From Chara braunii (Eukaryota; Plantae; Charophyceae): a stretch of DNA of 64,000 nt. Each line of letters begins with the position of its first letter. Positions within the stretch are counted from its first letter, which is position 1. The notes beneath the pieces were generated by a model. That model ran no database searches. It had not been told where the DNA came from and saw only the letters and a list, made by a program, of their open reading frames with translations. The stretch covers positions 13,363,963 to 13,427,962 of the forward strand of contig BFEA01000001.1 of assembly GCA_003427395.1 (NCBI GenBank), given 5' to 3'. Made by a program: the position numbers and the translations under genes. Positions 1 through 11,595 of this stretch are shown piece after piece.

Positions 1-992
1 GCGAGTCAGTGGAAAATCCCACAAATTTAAATTAAAATTTAAAAACCAAAATAAAAACCAAACAGAACACCCAAACACGACCACTGGCAACAGCAACAAG
101 ATATCCCCCAACCCACCTCTACTCCAACATCACCACAACCACAATCACAATGAACACACCAGGTTCAGTTTGTCTACACCGACTCTACAACAGGATTCCA
201 ACACTGGATCTCTTTATGAAGTTTATCATCAACAGAGTTCTTTTTCTGTACCATTCAGACACCAGGATCAGGTCCATTTTAGATTCGTCGGCGATAGGAG
301 TAACTGCTAGACATTGCTGGGAGAGTTGTTGGATTGGGGCGGCGAGTGCCAATGGGGAAGCTATCGAATCAACCAGACAGCAAAGCAGACAACCTCCAGA
401 GGAACATGAAATGGTTTGAGAAGACCTCGAGCCCACCTCCCATGACTGCACCTGCATCAGAACAAGGTTACATCATCAATGCTACCAGGTCGGAAGCATA
501 TCCCCATAGAATGGCATAGATGGATGCCCTTACAACAACCTTCATTCAAGCCTAGGCTCGGCATGCTCGTCGGTCTCCAGGGTCAGTTCCAGTGTTCTAG
601 GCAACTCTCTTCCAATATCAAACACGACGTCCAATGCGTTTTCAGGTTCTTCAAGTGACGTACAAAAGATTCTTCAAACATCGTCAATCCACAGAAATCC
701 TTTTTCAATATGTTCTGTTTTGCTCTGAATATAGAGTTTTGTTTTCATCAATTTATTAAAATGAAAGAATTCCACGCCACTGTCAGTGTCCCGAGTTCGG
801 GTCCCAGTCCCACAGGATTGATTCCGCAGGCCCGGCAAGCGAAGTGCCATGCTTGGGTCAAGGAGGCCGGTCGAGTCCACCAGACAGACAGAGAGTTTAG
901 GGTCGTTAGAAGTCTGGTAGGCCCAGTACCCAACAAGAGACGTCCAAGTCCTGGTCTAATTTTGGCAGCAGAATCCCGAGAAAGTCCGGTGC

Positions 993-1197
993 TCTTAAAC
1001 CACCAGTACTTGGCCCAGTTATCGATGCCGTCGCACCAAGTTTGGCCGAATCGCCAGCGCACCATCTTTTTTTTGTTCTTTTTTTGGCTGGTGCCTCCAG
1101 CCTTTGTGGTCCAGTACCCCAAGAAGCGTGTCACTAGCAGCGCGTAAACGGCTACGGCCCGTGGCCGATAGCTGGGCCAAGTACTGGTGGTTTAAGA
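993..1197. repeat. 32-bp inverted repeat (31/32 identical) with 141-nt spacer, in an SE intron
   Basis: 993-1024 tcttaaaccaccagtacttggcccagttatcg versus reverse complement of 1166-1197. Confidence 0.95.
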
Positions 1198-1685
1198 ACT
1201 CGCTTGAAAATTCGCGTGTTGCAGAAGCTCTGCTGAACGCTTGTGCGACCATACAGGTGCACTGGTCGGGGAGATCGAGGAAGAAGCCGGTGCTTGGGTG
1301 CCATAGCTGGGGTGAGCAAGGAAGACGACGACCACCATAGTGAGACAGGCAAGTACATTCAGAGAGTGAGAGTGAGTTAGCCAAGTGAGGAGAGAGAGAG
1401 AGAAACAAGAGGGGCAGAGAGGAAGAGAGAGGGGGAGTGTTCACAAGCCTGAGTGAGGGTGACGACTTGGCGGCCATAGCCGCATGTACTATGAACTTGG
1501 ATAATATTGCTGTTTATGGAGCTATCATTGCAGCTTCTGGGTAATTGCTAATCTCGCTGCCTTGTTTGAGTGATCTGTGTTAACTAAGCACATGCAGGAT
1601 TGAGATTGGAATGAAATTTGAGCTGGTTCATTGCAAAAAATCGATCAGCAAAACAAAAACTGGAAATTTGCAAAGATGCACTTAC

Positions 1686-2071
1686 CCAGCTCCAGGAAGT
1701 GGCATGAGAACTGGGGGCGGAGGCGGCATGTGAGGCCCGAGCGGGGGAGGCCCTGACATGTTCCCTGGGCGTCCATTGAAATCGTACACCATACCGTCCA
1801 TGCCATCTTCAAAAGGAGGACCACCATCATATGACCCAGGACCATCGAACGGAGCTGGGCACTCGAGAAGGGGGGGAGGTGGAGCATAGCCCATATCTCG
1901 TTCCCCATGCCCATCGCTTCCTCGGTCGCGCTCACCTCGTATATCCCCATTATACCTGTCTGATTCTCTAACCCTACCAGCACTGCTTCGCTCACTCTCA
2001 CGGCGTTCCGAGCCACTGCCGCCACCAGCACCTTCACTGCGTGTTCTACGCCGCCGCCCACTTTTCTCTTT
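1686..2071 (-). CDS. SE: SERRATE coding exon 10; terminal exon(s) probably left of the window
   Basis: CCCAG/GTAAG boundaries; ends PPPVLMPLPGAG as in PPPMLMPVPGAG; the following GPLGPFVPAPP was not found in 1-1685. Confidence 0.9.
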
Positions 2072-3002
2072 CTGGGATCCCAAGAGCCAACAGAGAAAAC
2101 CATACAATACGCAGGGCACAGACACATCATGTAAGCCATAGTGGCAAGAACACAAGCAGGGGAACATCAATGGCATACACATGCAACCATGTCGAACTTA
2201 CCCAGGGCCAGAGGGACCAATTGAACACCTGCCAGGAGGGATCAGCATAAAGATCTCACACAAATAACACGTGCCTGCTATGCGAATAACTCACTGGCTT
2301 GCAGTTAATCACCAAAGGAGTCTCTAATTGTAGCTAATGTAACTCTAAATAGAGCTGTAATTCAGAACAGAATGAACTATATACATCTGCAGCCTCATTT
2401 CAGCAAATGTTCTTTTTTTTTTGTAGAAGGCTTCCCACCTATAGGTGCTGCTAAACCCCATTAATACATGCACTTCCGTCCATTTGGCCAGCTGTGGATT
2501 GTTGGCATGGGCCGCCACTATGAATTCTCCTCTCTCCCGTGTCAGTGACAAAAAAAACTGAGAGAAACATGCAAAGACCAACATTACCTCTGGGGCAGAC
2601 GGGGGTCTACTAGAGGCACATAGTCACATTAGGACTTTCAGGGATCTATATATTGAACCACAATCACAGCCAAATTCAGTCCCTCAGAGTATAGCCTAAG
2701 CTTTCAGTTTTGGAAACGATACTGCAACGCACAATTTGCCCATGGCCAAACATACAAGTAACAGACCAATACCAGTTCATGGGTGTTCAATCAAAATGAA
2801 GTCAGTCTGCCACAACGCATGTGGGACATCAGATTATGATAGCCATCCAGCACACTGAAGACCTTGCAACTGAAACACCGTCCTAGCATGAGCTGACTAC
2901 AGCACATACTGACAAGACTCACTGGCACCCCCATCCCATTTTGAAGCACAGCATTCACTACGGCGTTTGTGAATCCAAATGCAAGCAACACAACCCATTT
3001 AC

Positions 3003-3048
3003 CTTCAAGCGCGGCGATAACCCTTGGTGCACAGGAGCATCTGGATCA
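3003..3048 (-). CDS. SE: SERRATE coding exon 9 (46 nt)
   Basis: GACAG/GTAAAT boundaries; NDPDAP continues YFQNYM as in YMNDPNAP. Confidence 0.9.
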
Positions 3049-3149
3049 CTGTCAAAACCAAGCGCAGCAGGGGCTTAAGTCAGCAACACTAGAAGCAGGA
3101 AAAACTCCATGATGACTTCACAATACTACCAACATTTATCAAGCCATGA

Positions 3150-4140
3150 AGAAACAAGATAGACGACATGTAGCATACACTGCAGCCTTCCAAGCACACA
3201 CAATAACTACATCGCTGCCGCATTCATTTCACGCGAAGCATACATAACAATTGCAGATTAATTTGACAGCATTACAGGTCGTTATAGATATTATAGTCCG
3301 TAAGTAAATCACAGTCGGATGTTAGGCCAGCCCATTTCATTAGGGGTTATGAGGAATCCCCCCCCCCCCCCCAGATTATTACACTGAAGCCTAGGGCGCA
3401 GACATTAATGCCAGCCCATTACATCTGGGCTTTTATCATTCTGGAGGAAACCCCCCCCCCCCCCCCAGATTATTACACTGCAGCCTTGGGCACAGACATT
3501 AACTACATTGCTGCCACATCCATTTCACACAGAGCATACACAACAATTACAAAATAAAATTGGCAGCATTACCGGTCGTCGTTATAGACATTATAGTCCA
3601 GAATATCATAGTCCGATGACAGGCCAGCCCTTTTCATCTCACAAGTGGTTAACGGGGACCCCCACTTTTCGGCCCTGGGTAACGATGAATGATCCTGAAA
3701 TTAGGGTTTCGGGGTCAAATTTTGTGTTTTTTTGGATTTTTTTTTTTTGCCTGTTTTTGTTTTAGGACAAGCTTGCTGTGTGTCAAATTTGGTGTCATTT
3801 CGGTTATTAGAATTTGTGCTGTTAATCATCCTGAAAATCCTGAAATTTTGATGAAGTTGTTTTTTGGCAAAACTGCCTGAAAATGCACTTTTGAGTTGCT
3901 GTTTAATGTGTTTTTAATTTTTTTTTGTGTTTTTTTTATAATATGTTAGTAAGAAGTGCACTCTATAGATTGGTGTGAAGTTTGCTTGGGATGGCCTTAT
4001 GGTTTTCTTATAAATTGAGGTGAAAAATGGGGGGTCGATTAACCTTTTCTCTTTCATCTGGGCTTATCATTCCGGAGGGAACTGCCCAGATTACAGAAAT
4101 CTGGGCGTATAATTCCGGAGGAAACTGCCCCAGATTACAG
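3150..4140. repeat. Local tandem/segmental duplications in SE intron 8
   Basis: Repeated blocks poly-C-agattattacactg, tcgttatagaYattatagtcc and attcYggagg...cccagatta. Confidence 0.75.
3640..4051. mobile_element. Non-autonomous DNA transposon (MITE) with 8-bp TSD
   Basis: TSD tttcatct at 3632-3639 and 4052-4059; imperfect ~30-bp TIRs (ggttaa..gacccccacttttc); interrupts catct|gggctt, which is intact in the upstream duplicate. Confidence 0.75.
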
Positions 4141-4408
4141 AAAAATCTGGAAGGGAAAAAAAAAAAACTAGAAAAATCTGGAAGGGAAAAAAAAAAAACT
4201 ATGTTCTAGATAATGACAATACAAAGAACTTTTGGCTGTAGGTCACCCCTGGACTCCTAACAGAACTGAAGCCCTATAGAAAACAGATTTTTTCTTTCTT
4301 TCTTTTGTGCCCCCCTTTTCTTTCCCCTCCTCCGAAATTAGATGTTATTTGGTTGGTTGATGGATGGATAACGTGCCACCATTCTAAGGCAAAGAGACAG
4401 GTACTCAC

Positions 4409-5251
4409 TTCATGTAGTTCTGGAAGTAGACTTCTTCTCGGACGGGAGCTGTGAGCTCGCTCACAAGGTCCGGGTGCTTCAGCTTTAAGTGCTTTTGCAC
4501 ATACTCTGGACCATGAAACAGCTTTGTACAGTTCTTTGCTCCACAACCATATTTCCAACCATACTTCTCATCCCTGATCTTTCGGATGTACGCCTCAAGC
4601 GCTTCAGTCAACGCCTTTTCGATCTTCTCCTTTCCCAGCATCACGATCAGCGGATCCACTGCTTGGAGTCTGGCTTGCCACGTAGAATCTACCTTTCTCT
4701 CCCACTCGGAAAACTCTACCATCGGTGTTGCCTGGTCCATGTGCTTGTCCTTTGAGCTCGATTCCGCACGGACATGCCGGAGGCCTTTGGGAGGCCCACG
4801 CTGCTCATGTGCCCCATAATAATCCACCCCATGTACCCTCCATAAGTAAGTGAGCAGAGCATCAAGCAGTGACAGACCCTGCAATCGCGGTCCAGATGCA
4901 TTATCCTCATCCATGTCCCCACTTCCATCCCCGTTCCCATCCCGTGGCTGCTTGCCATTAGAAATCTTTACACAGCTGTCAAACACCGTGTTCCCAGAAA
5001 TCCCCTTCTCCGCATCCAGCTTTTTTACTAAACTAAAAGTCTGCTCCACATCAGCTGCTACCCTCGCTGGGTCCGCAAAGCCGGCCGCCACAACGGGAGC
5101 ATTTGCAGCTCCCTTCAGTTCTCGAGCCCGCTTTCTGTGCTTTACCGCCAACTCGCTTTCATCATCCGAGAACGGCTCCCCTTCCAACCCACCGTCCACC
5201 ATCGTGCTTCCATTCCCGACAGCTATCTGCCTGCCACTTACTTGGGGTCCC
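4409..5251 (-). CDS. SE: SERRATE coding exon 8 (middle domain and C2H2 zinc finger)
   Basis: LLDALLTYLWRVHGVDYYG, KGLRHVR, IRDEKYGWKYGCGAKNCTKLFHGPEYVQKHLKLKH and YFQNYM are near-diagnostic for plant SERRATE; TTGCAG/GTGAGT boundaries. Confidence 0.98.
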
Positions 5252-5260
5252 CTGCAATGA

Positions 5261-5308
<48 letters not shown>

Positions 5309-5900
5309 TAATGTTACGACGAGACTGATCGTTAGACAGACCTCAGACGTCCGTGATTATCAAAAGGAGAATATGCTGGTAGGAGACGTAAGCATGCTTT
5401 CGCTACCACAGAATTGACAGCAGAGGCGCACCCACCGTGTGCATGAAAGATACATGTTTTCATTTCTAATCCAACCTTTAATCCCAGATCAAACCCCGTT
5501 CAAACCAAACTGTGCCCCTGAAACCCTTCAGAGTTTTGGGGTTTGAAGACTAACGAGCATTACGACATTCAGCCCATCGACTGTGGATTCGTTATAGATC
5601 TCATCCTGCACTCGTTGACAAAACTGCCTGAGGTACCAGCACCTCACATACAGTTCTCATCTAGAATACCGTTCAACTGGCAATAAGCATCATCACATGC
5701 ATGGCACGGACAAATAAGCATACACTACTACACTGTGCCACACTCCGAAAAAGCAGACAATTTCCAGAAACCGAATTTGGATTTAAAAAAAAATCTCTGT
5801 CAGACCGTTCAGCACGGGGCAAATTAGAAAATATTGGAAAGAAGGTGATAGCCCTGTCTATTTTGTCCAATGGTTTTCATTTCAAGAAGACAGACGGACA

Positions 5901-6003
5901 CTCGTGCCGTGACCGATAGTGTGCAAGTACCGTGATGGAAAGGTGAAAAGAACCCTAAGAAAGGGAGTGAAATAGAAAAAACCTGAAACCTGATGCAAGC
6001 AAA
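5901..6003 (+). pseudogene. Organellar (probably mitochondrial) LSU rRNA fragment in SE intron 7
   Basis: gaccgatagtgtgcaagtaccgtgatggaaaggtgaaaagaaccc...gggagtgaaatag..aacctgaaacc matches bacterial-type 23S/26S domain I. Confidence 0.85.
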
Positions 6004-6083
6004 CCCTCAAATTTAAAAACGCCAAAATGCTGTTTAAAATGAACAATGCATCCCAGCAACACAAACAACAGGAAACAACTTAC

Positions 6084-6152
6084 GTGTCCAGGGCACCAGC
6101 CTCAAACTCTGATACGAACTCCTTGGATGCGGTCTGCGCATTTTCATTTCGT
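6084..6152 (-). CDS. SE: SERRATE coding exon 7
   Basis: TTGCAG/GTAAG boundaries; RRNENAQTASKEFVSEFEAGALDT matches RRNDLAQKVAKDFLLDLQSGTLD. Confidence 0.93.
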
Positions 6153-6282
6153 CTGCAAGGTAAACAAACAGATAGTAGTTAAAGAAAAAGCATTGCCCAT
6201 GTGGCACATGATCTGCAAATGGAACACAAGCGTCAACAATGCCGTAGACATAAGCACCTGCACCCATTCAATAACTTCCTAC

Positions 6283-6390
6283 TACTGTGTTCACCCGAAT
6301 AGAACGCCCGTCATTATAGCTGTATATGGTGCAACTTTCAGTCCAGGAACGGCAATAATTACCGGGCATTCTATTCGGGTGAAGACGGTA
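6283..6390. mobile_element. ~105-bp Tc1/mariner(pogo)-type MITE, copy 1
   Basis: TA..TA flanks; TIR ctgtgttcacccgaatagaacgcccg / cgggcattctattcgggtgaagacgg. Confidence 0.75.
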
Positions 6391-7057
6391 GGAAAGCAAA
6401 ATTACATAAGCCGCTAACATCGAAGAACGAGAACAGATTCTCAACAACAACAACCAACCGCCACCACATTCAGCAAGGAAAGGAAACCTGATTCACAAAG
6501 TGATTGTCCACAAACACCTTGCTTTACCTTTTTTCCAAAGGGCAACAACCTTGAGATACCATCATCGAACTCACCGGCCTTCCATTTTTCTCACAAAAAC
6601 ACAAAAATAAACGACCACCACCACCTTGAGGAGGAGAAGCCTATTCCCAAAGTGCGCTCCCAACCACCCTCTGCCACCCTTCACCACTGCACCGAGGAAC
6701 GAAAGCACTGTTCCCCAACCTCCCAAAGAGTGCAACAGCACCTAACAGAAACCAAGTGCCCGAGACCAAGCGCCCGAGTAACTTCCTACGCATCAAAAGA
6801 ACCCCGTTGTTGAAACGCAGACTGAGGTGCTCCCCAGAAGAATCAGATGCCAGCCACAAAACAGGGCAGAATACCCAACCGAGTCAACATGCATTCCACT
6901 TATCATACTGTTATTACTTCTGCTTAGTGTAATTTGCAAGCATGTGCTTGGCAAGTTTGACCATCACAGTGCAGAACTGAACTGACTAAAATCCGTGACC
7001 GGCATGCCGTAGCACACGGATGGTTCACAGACTCTGGCGCTATCACACAGAACGTAC

Positions 7058-7105
7058 CTTTGCACAAACGCCTCCAGAACAGTAGGGTCATACTTCTCCT
7101 TTAGC
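7058..7105 (-). CDS. SE: SERRATE coding exon 6 (48 nt)
   Basis: CAG/GTACG boundaries; WLKEKYDPTVLEAFVQR matches WLKNKYHPTNL. Confidence 0.93.
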
Positions 7106-8532
7106 CTGCTCAAACAAGACAAGGTATTCATGGCAACCCACAGTATTGCGCTTCAGTTCAATCACGAGTCGACAAACGTCTGTCAAGAAATGCAATCAGA
7201 AGCCTAGACCAGAATTTGGGGAGAGAACCAATAGGAAGTCAGGGAGAGATGGTTAATGGAAGGCGCAAAAAAAATTGGGGGGTTTTCGCCGCATCACCAC
7301 AAGCAATATCGTCGAAAATCTCACAAACAAACAATGCAGGTTCATAATACAAACATCCAAAAAACAAACAGGCCAAAAAAAACGAAAGCAAAAAAAAAAA
7401 AAAAAAAACGCAAACTCACTATAAAACCCTATTCGCAGTAACTTTCGGAGTTCGCCAAATTTTTCTCTGGATTTCTTGTTTTTTCCAACTTTTTCGTTAA
7501 TGGTCCAAAGACGTTGAAACTGAACACAGATAAACCCTAAGAGCTAAGGCACATACATATCACACACACACAAAAAAAAATAAAATAAAAAAAAATCAGG
7601 GAAATACGGCAGTTTCGATGAAAATTTCACTGAAAACGACACCACCTATTAACCGTTAGTGATCTACCACGTGACATTAACATCATCTGGGACAACCAGT
7701 GGGATAGCAAAGATACGACCCCTGCAAGGACCACTCCCCCCCCGCCCCCCCATCCTTCTCCCAAAACAAAGATGGTGACATCCCGTGCTACCCCTAGGGG
7801 TGGTGAGAAAAAAAAAACAGGAAAGTAGTCTGGTCACACCATATGTGGGCACAACAGAGGGTCGGGGGTCGACCATAAACCTGCACACCGCAGAGGGTCA
7901 GGAGGTATGACGAACTACGTTGTCCATCATCAACGCACGCAGGCCATCAACATGGAATGGACACAGTGAAGCCAATCATATATCATTTCTCTTTTCCTTG
8001 CGTCTAAACAAGGATTACAAAGTGCACCAGCCTGTCTCTGGCAGCCAATTATCGGGAAAACAAACAAACAGTCACAGCTAGTTTTTCTGTTCAACTTCAG
8101 TTTGCCTTGAAGTTTCCTGCAACAACAACACGTACATATCTGCACTTCTTCCCAACAGCCAGCCAGCCAGCCAATTTCTTAAGAGTCTCATTAGAATTTT
8201 TGAGGTGGTCTGAGAAGAATTTCTGAGAAGTCTCGGGAGAAAACCAAACAAAAAATGAAAAAGAGCATCAGAGTTCGTAAAAAGGACTCCTAGAGGAAAG
8301 GCAAAAGGGAGGAGAGGGGCCCGGGGGGGGGAGGGGAAAAAGTAAAAAAAAAAAAAAAAAAAACCTCTGCTAGAGACGAGCTGCCAACCTCATTGTTTGT
8401 CCATCCAAGCAAGCTGCCATTCATGGGAGACCTTGACAAACTGGAAGTGTCCGGGCAACCAGCCATAAACAAGTTAAGATTTGGAAAGCCCTCAGTAAAT
8501 AAAGGGGTTGAGAGAGGAGGGCGTCTGCTCAC

Positions 8533-8607
8533 CATTCTTCCTCTCTGTGACTCTCAAAGAACGACCGTTTCGCCGTCTCCGAATATTCCTTCCTGTATTC
8601 CTCATAC
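8533..8607 (-). CDS. SE: SERRATE coding exon 5
   Basis: CAG/GTGAG boundaries; YEEYRKEYSETAKRSFFESHREEEW matches YQEYKSEY...AFFNTHKEEDW. Confidence 0.95.
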
Positions 8608-9524
8608 CTGTATCACCAGAGTTTGTTTCAGGCGAGAGAGGCAGCAGACAACAACCAAACATCAGGCACATCAACACATAATAGACCAAGCAAAGTCCTC
8701 GCTCCGTCACTTACTGCACGCGGAGATCAGGGAGTGTATCGTATCTTCCCACGTTCTACAGGAAGCTCGTGCAATTTTCACACTTTAGCGGGCACCGAGT
8801 GGCTTCCTGAGGCCCCAAGCGAACAGAAAAAGAAAGATGTACACAGCATAGTCTCAACCTGTCAAAAGTTTCATACATGCCCCAAGCGAACACCCTTCCT
8901 CCTTTCCCTGCCTTTTCTTTTTTTCTTCGTCTTTTTTCATCCTTGCACAGGGGCCCTGCTACTCTTCACTCTCTGTATCGTTCCAATTTTAACGGATGTC
9001 CCGTAGGACGGGACATCCTTTCCCTTCTTCCTATTTCTACTTCAGCACTTCTTGATTGCGGTTTCCAACAAGACGCAAAGCACAGCACAATTGTTTCTTT
9101 ATCAGAAAAAGACCGAAAAGGGCACAGACTACAAGCATAAGCCACTGAACTAAGGCCATCAACTTCCACAGGTGGCAAACGAAGGCCAACTCACTGTTCA
9201 TTACCAGTGCATAACATTACTCTACGAATGTGCATGCCAGCGTCTCTCACAATGGAGGATCGCAAGGCATGGCAGACAACACCCATCCATCCCAATTCCA
9301 CCACACCAAGACGAGACCCAATAGGACGTCAAGCTGCACCATTTACGATCTGAAAGAGTAACCACTTCCTCTGGAGCGTACGATGGCCAATCTGCCCCCC
9401 ACATCGACGACACAAGAAATTTGATTGCTTTCTCTTAATGAACATGGCTGCCTCTTTGCAAATAAAAGACCAAAAACGGAGAGGTTGCAATCAGAGATAC
9501 CACAGCAACGAACCCAGTACCTAC

Positions 9525-9614
9525 CTTCGCTGTGCTTCTTCAGGTGTGATATCATCCTCGAGATCGACGATGAATTGCTTGTACGTTAGGAGGGCTCCAC
9601 CGTTCTCCCTAGAT
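9525..9614 (-). CDS. SE: SERRATE coding exon 4
   Basis: TTTTTCAG acceptor, GTAGGT donor; LLTYKQFIVDLEDDITPEEAQRR matches the conserved LMSYKQFIQELEDDILPSEAERR motif. Confidence 0.95.
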
Positions 9615-9864
9615 CTGAAAAACAAACAAAACAAAATAAATCAAACAGTACACCCTTCACACAAAAGAACAGCATCCAGATTCAAGAACAAGGGTGCACT
9701 TTCTGTTTCTGTTCTCACACGGAACCCACGACAAGTCCCACCGTGCTCGGACACAGGAAAAAAAACGCAAGAGAAAAAGAAAACGAGAAAGCACGTCAGA
9801 GAGTGCAGTCAGGGTGTGATGTGCCAATCAATCACTTGATCCTGAAGACGGTTCGGAAGGGGGG

Positions 9865-9898
<34 letters not shown>

Positions 9899-9947
9899 GA
9901 GGGGAAGAGACCAGGTGAGGAGTCAAAAGCTTGGGAGCATGCATTAC

Positions 9948-10044
9948 CGTCTAGAGTCCCTTGACGCCGGCCCCCCATCAACGGGGGCCCCTGGGCACTG
10001 GACGTCTTCGTATGAACCTCCTCCACGACCAGAGCTGAGCCATT
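9948..10044 (-). CDS. SE: SERRATE coding exon 3
   Basis: Acceptor TGTAG, donor GTAATG; EWLSSGRGGGSYED resembles DWEGGRGGYGD; phase 1 in, 2 out. Confidence 0.8.
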
Positions 10045-10932
10045 CTACATACATACATACATATACATTGTCACATGATATCAGAGCGCCAAAGCAAAAA
10101 ACAGAAACAAGAAAAACTAACTTCATTTTTAATCTTCTTCCTTACAACTCCCCCTGTTCAGAACCTCTTGCATATACATATATAACAACAATAAGGCCAC
10201 CAGCAAGTCAAATGAATACTGTCTACCAGGGACACCACTATTCAATACATACATACATACATACATACATACATACATACATACATACAGGCAAGTTGAC
10301 AAAGAGAGCAACGAACTAAGGGCCAATTCATACTAGGAGAACACAAGGGCAACCAGATTCACTCGAGAAAGTCTGTAAGAGATGAATCTGAACACAAGGG
10401 CAACCAGATTCACTCGAGAAAGCGCGTAAGGAAAGTACTGTTCGACAGCGCATCTGCAAGAGAGAAAAAAAAAAAGATAAGGGTGCAACTTTCTGTTTCT
10501 GTTTCCCTTCCTCTCCTGCTACTAGCAATACTGTCTACCAAGCACGCCACACTATCATACATAGTAGATATACTATGTGGCAACAACATTAACGATTTCT
10601 TCTTTCTTTCTTTCTTTAACACCACCGAGCAAGTTGGATCACAACGGTCTACTACGGACTAGGCACTTTCACTATTTAAAATCCTTGTAACGATAGAAAG
10701 AAATATTAGAAAACATCAAAGCAATAGACGTCACAAGAAAACAAAAAAAGATAAAACAAACAAGTTCAGAGTACAACAGAACACAAAAAGATTCAAATAC
10801 GAAAAGCAAATCCACACTCTAGCTATCCAGCACGTCCACTAGAAAAAAAAACGCCATCGATGTGTCCCTTACCCTAGGCATTTGTTCTTCCCAGACAATC
10901 TCTTAGTATTCCCCCCGGCTTGCACTTATCGG

Positions 10933-10988
<56 letters not shown>

Positions 10989-11094
10989 TTGCCTCGCCAT
11001 GTTGACATCATACTCGGCCAATGCATTCCAGCCAAAGAAAGGGCAAAAATCCATTAACATCAAAGCCAATCGCCGCTTCCCAGGCTAGAACGAG

Positions 11095-11595
11095 AGTTGA
11101 TGAACAAATCGAAAAGTGGGTGGGCATCGACTTGGCTGGTCTACCTACGAATCATCTGATGTGAAATCCGACTTCAAATCCCAAATAATGAACAAATCGA
11201 GAAGCAGGTGTTAATTTAACCTACCGATCGAATGATTTCAAATCCCAAATAATGAACAAATCGTGAGGCTGGTCGTATTTGATTGACCGAGCTGGTCGTA
11301 TTTGATTGATCGAACTGAGCAATCGATTGGTTGACTAATCAAGGTGATTGACTTACTGATCAATCAACAATTGATTGCTCTCCTGATCAACTGATTGCTC
11401 TCCTGATCAATGTTTTTTTCGACTAATCAAATGTTTCGTTACCTGATCAATTGATCGGACGACTAATCAGTTGATTGATAGATAGGCTGACCAATCAATT
11501 GATTGATCGACTGATCAATCAGTTGATTGATAGATAGACTGATCAATCAATTGATTGATCGACTTGTTTGTTGACTGAGAATGTCGTTGACAAAC
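11095..11595. repeat. Degenerate TTGATC/GATCAA-rich repeat tract
   Basis: Repeated tgattgatc/gatcaatcaa words and duplicated ttcaaatcccaaataatgaacaaatcg. Confidence 0.7.

Noticed and set aside
480-1480. LINE ORF2 C-terminal remnant
   Set aside because: Trp-rich frames are suggestive, but no diagnostic RT or endonuclease motif is visible, so it was left uncalled
5236-5251. Cryptic donor CAA|GTAAGT about 10 nt into exon 8
   Set aside because: The downstream sequence is open and SE-like; no evidence of a microexon
9866-9897. Poly-G tracts as functional G-quadruplexes in SE introns
   Set aside because: Such runs occur throughout the window, including beside assembly gaps, with no locus-specific signal
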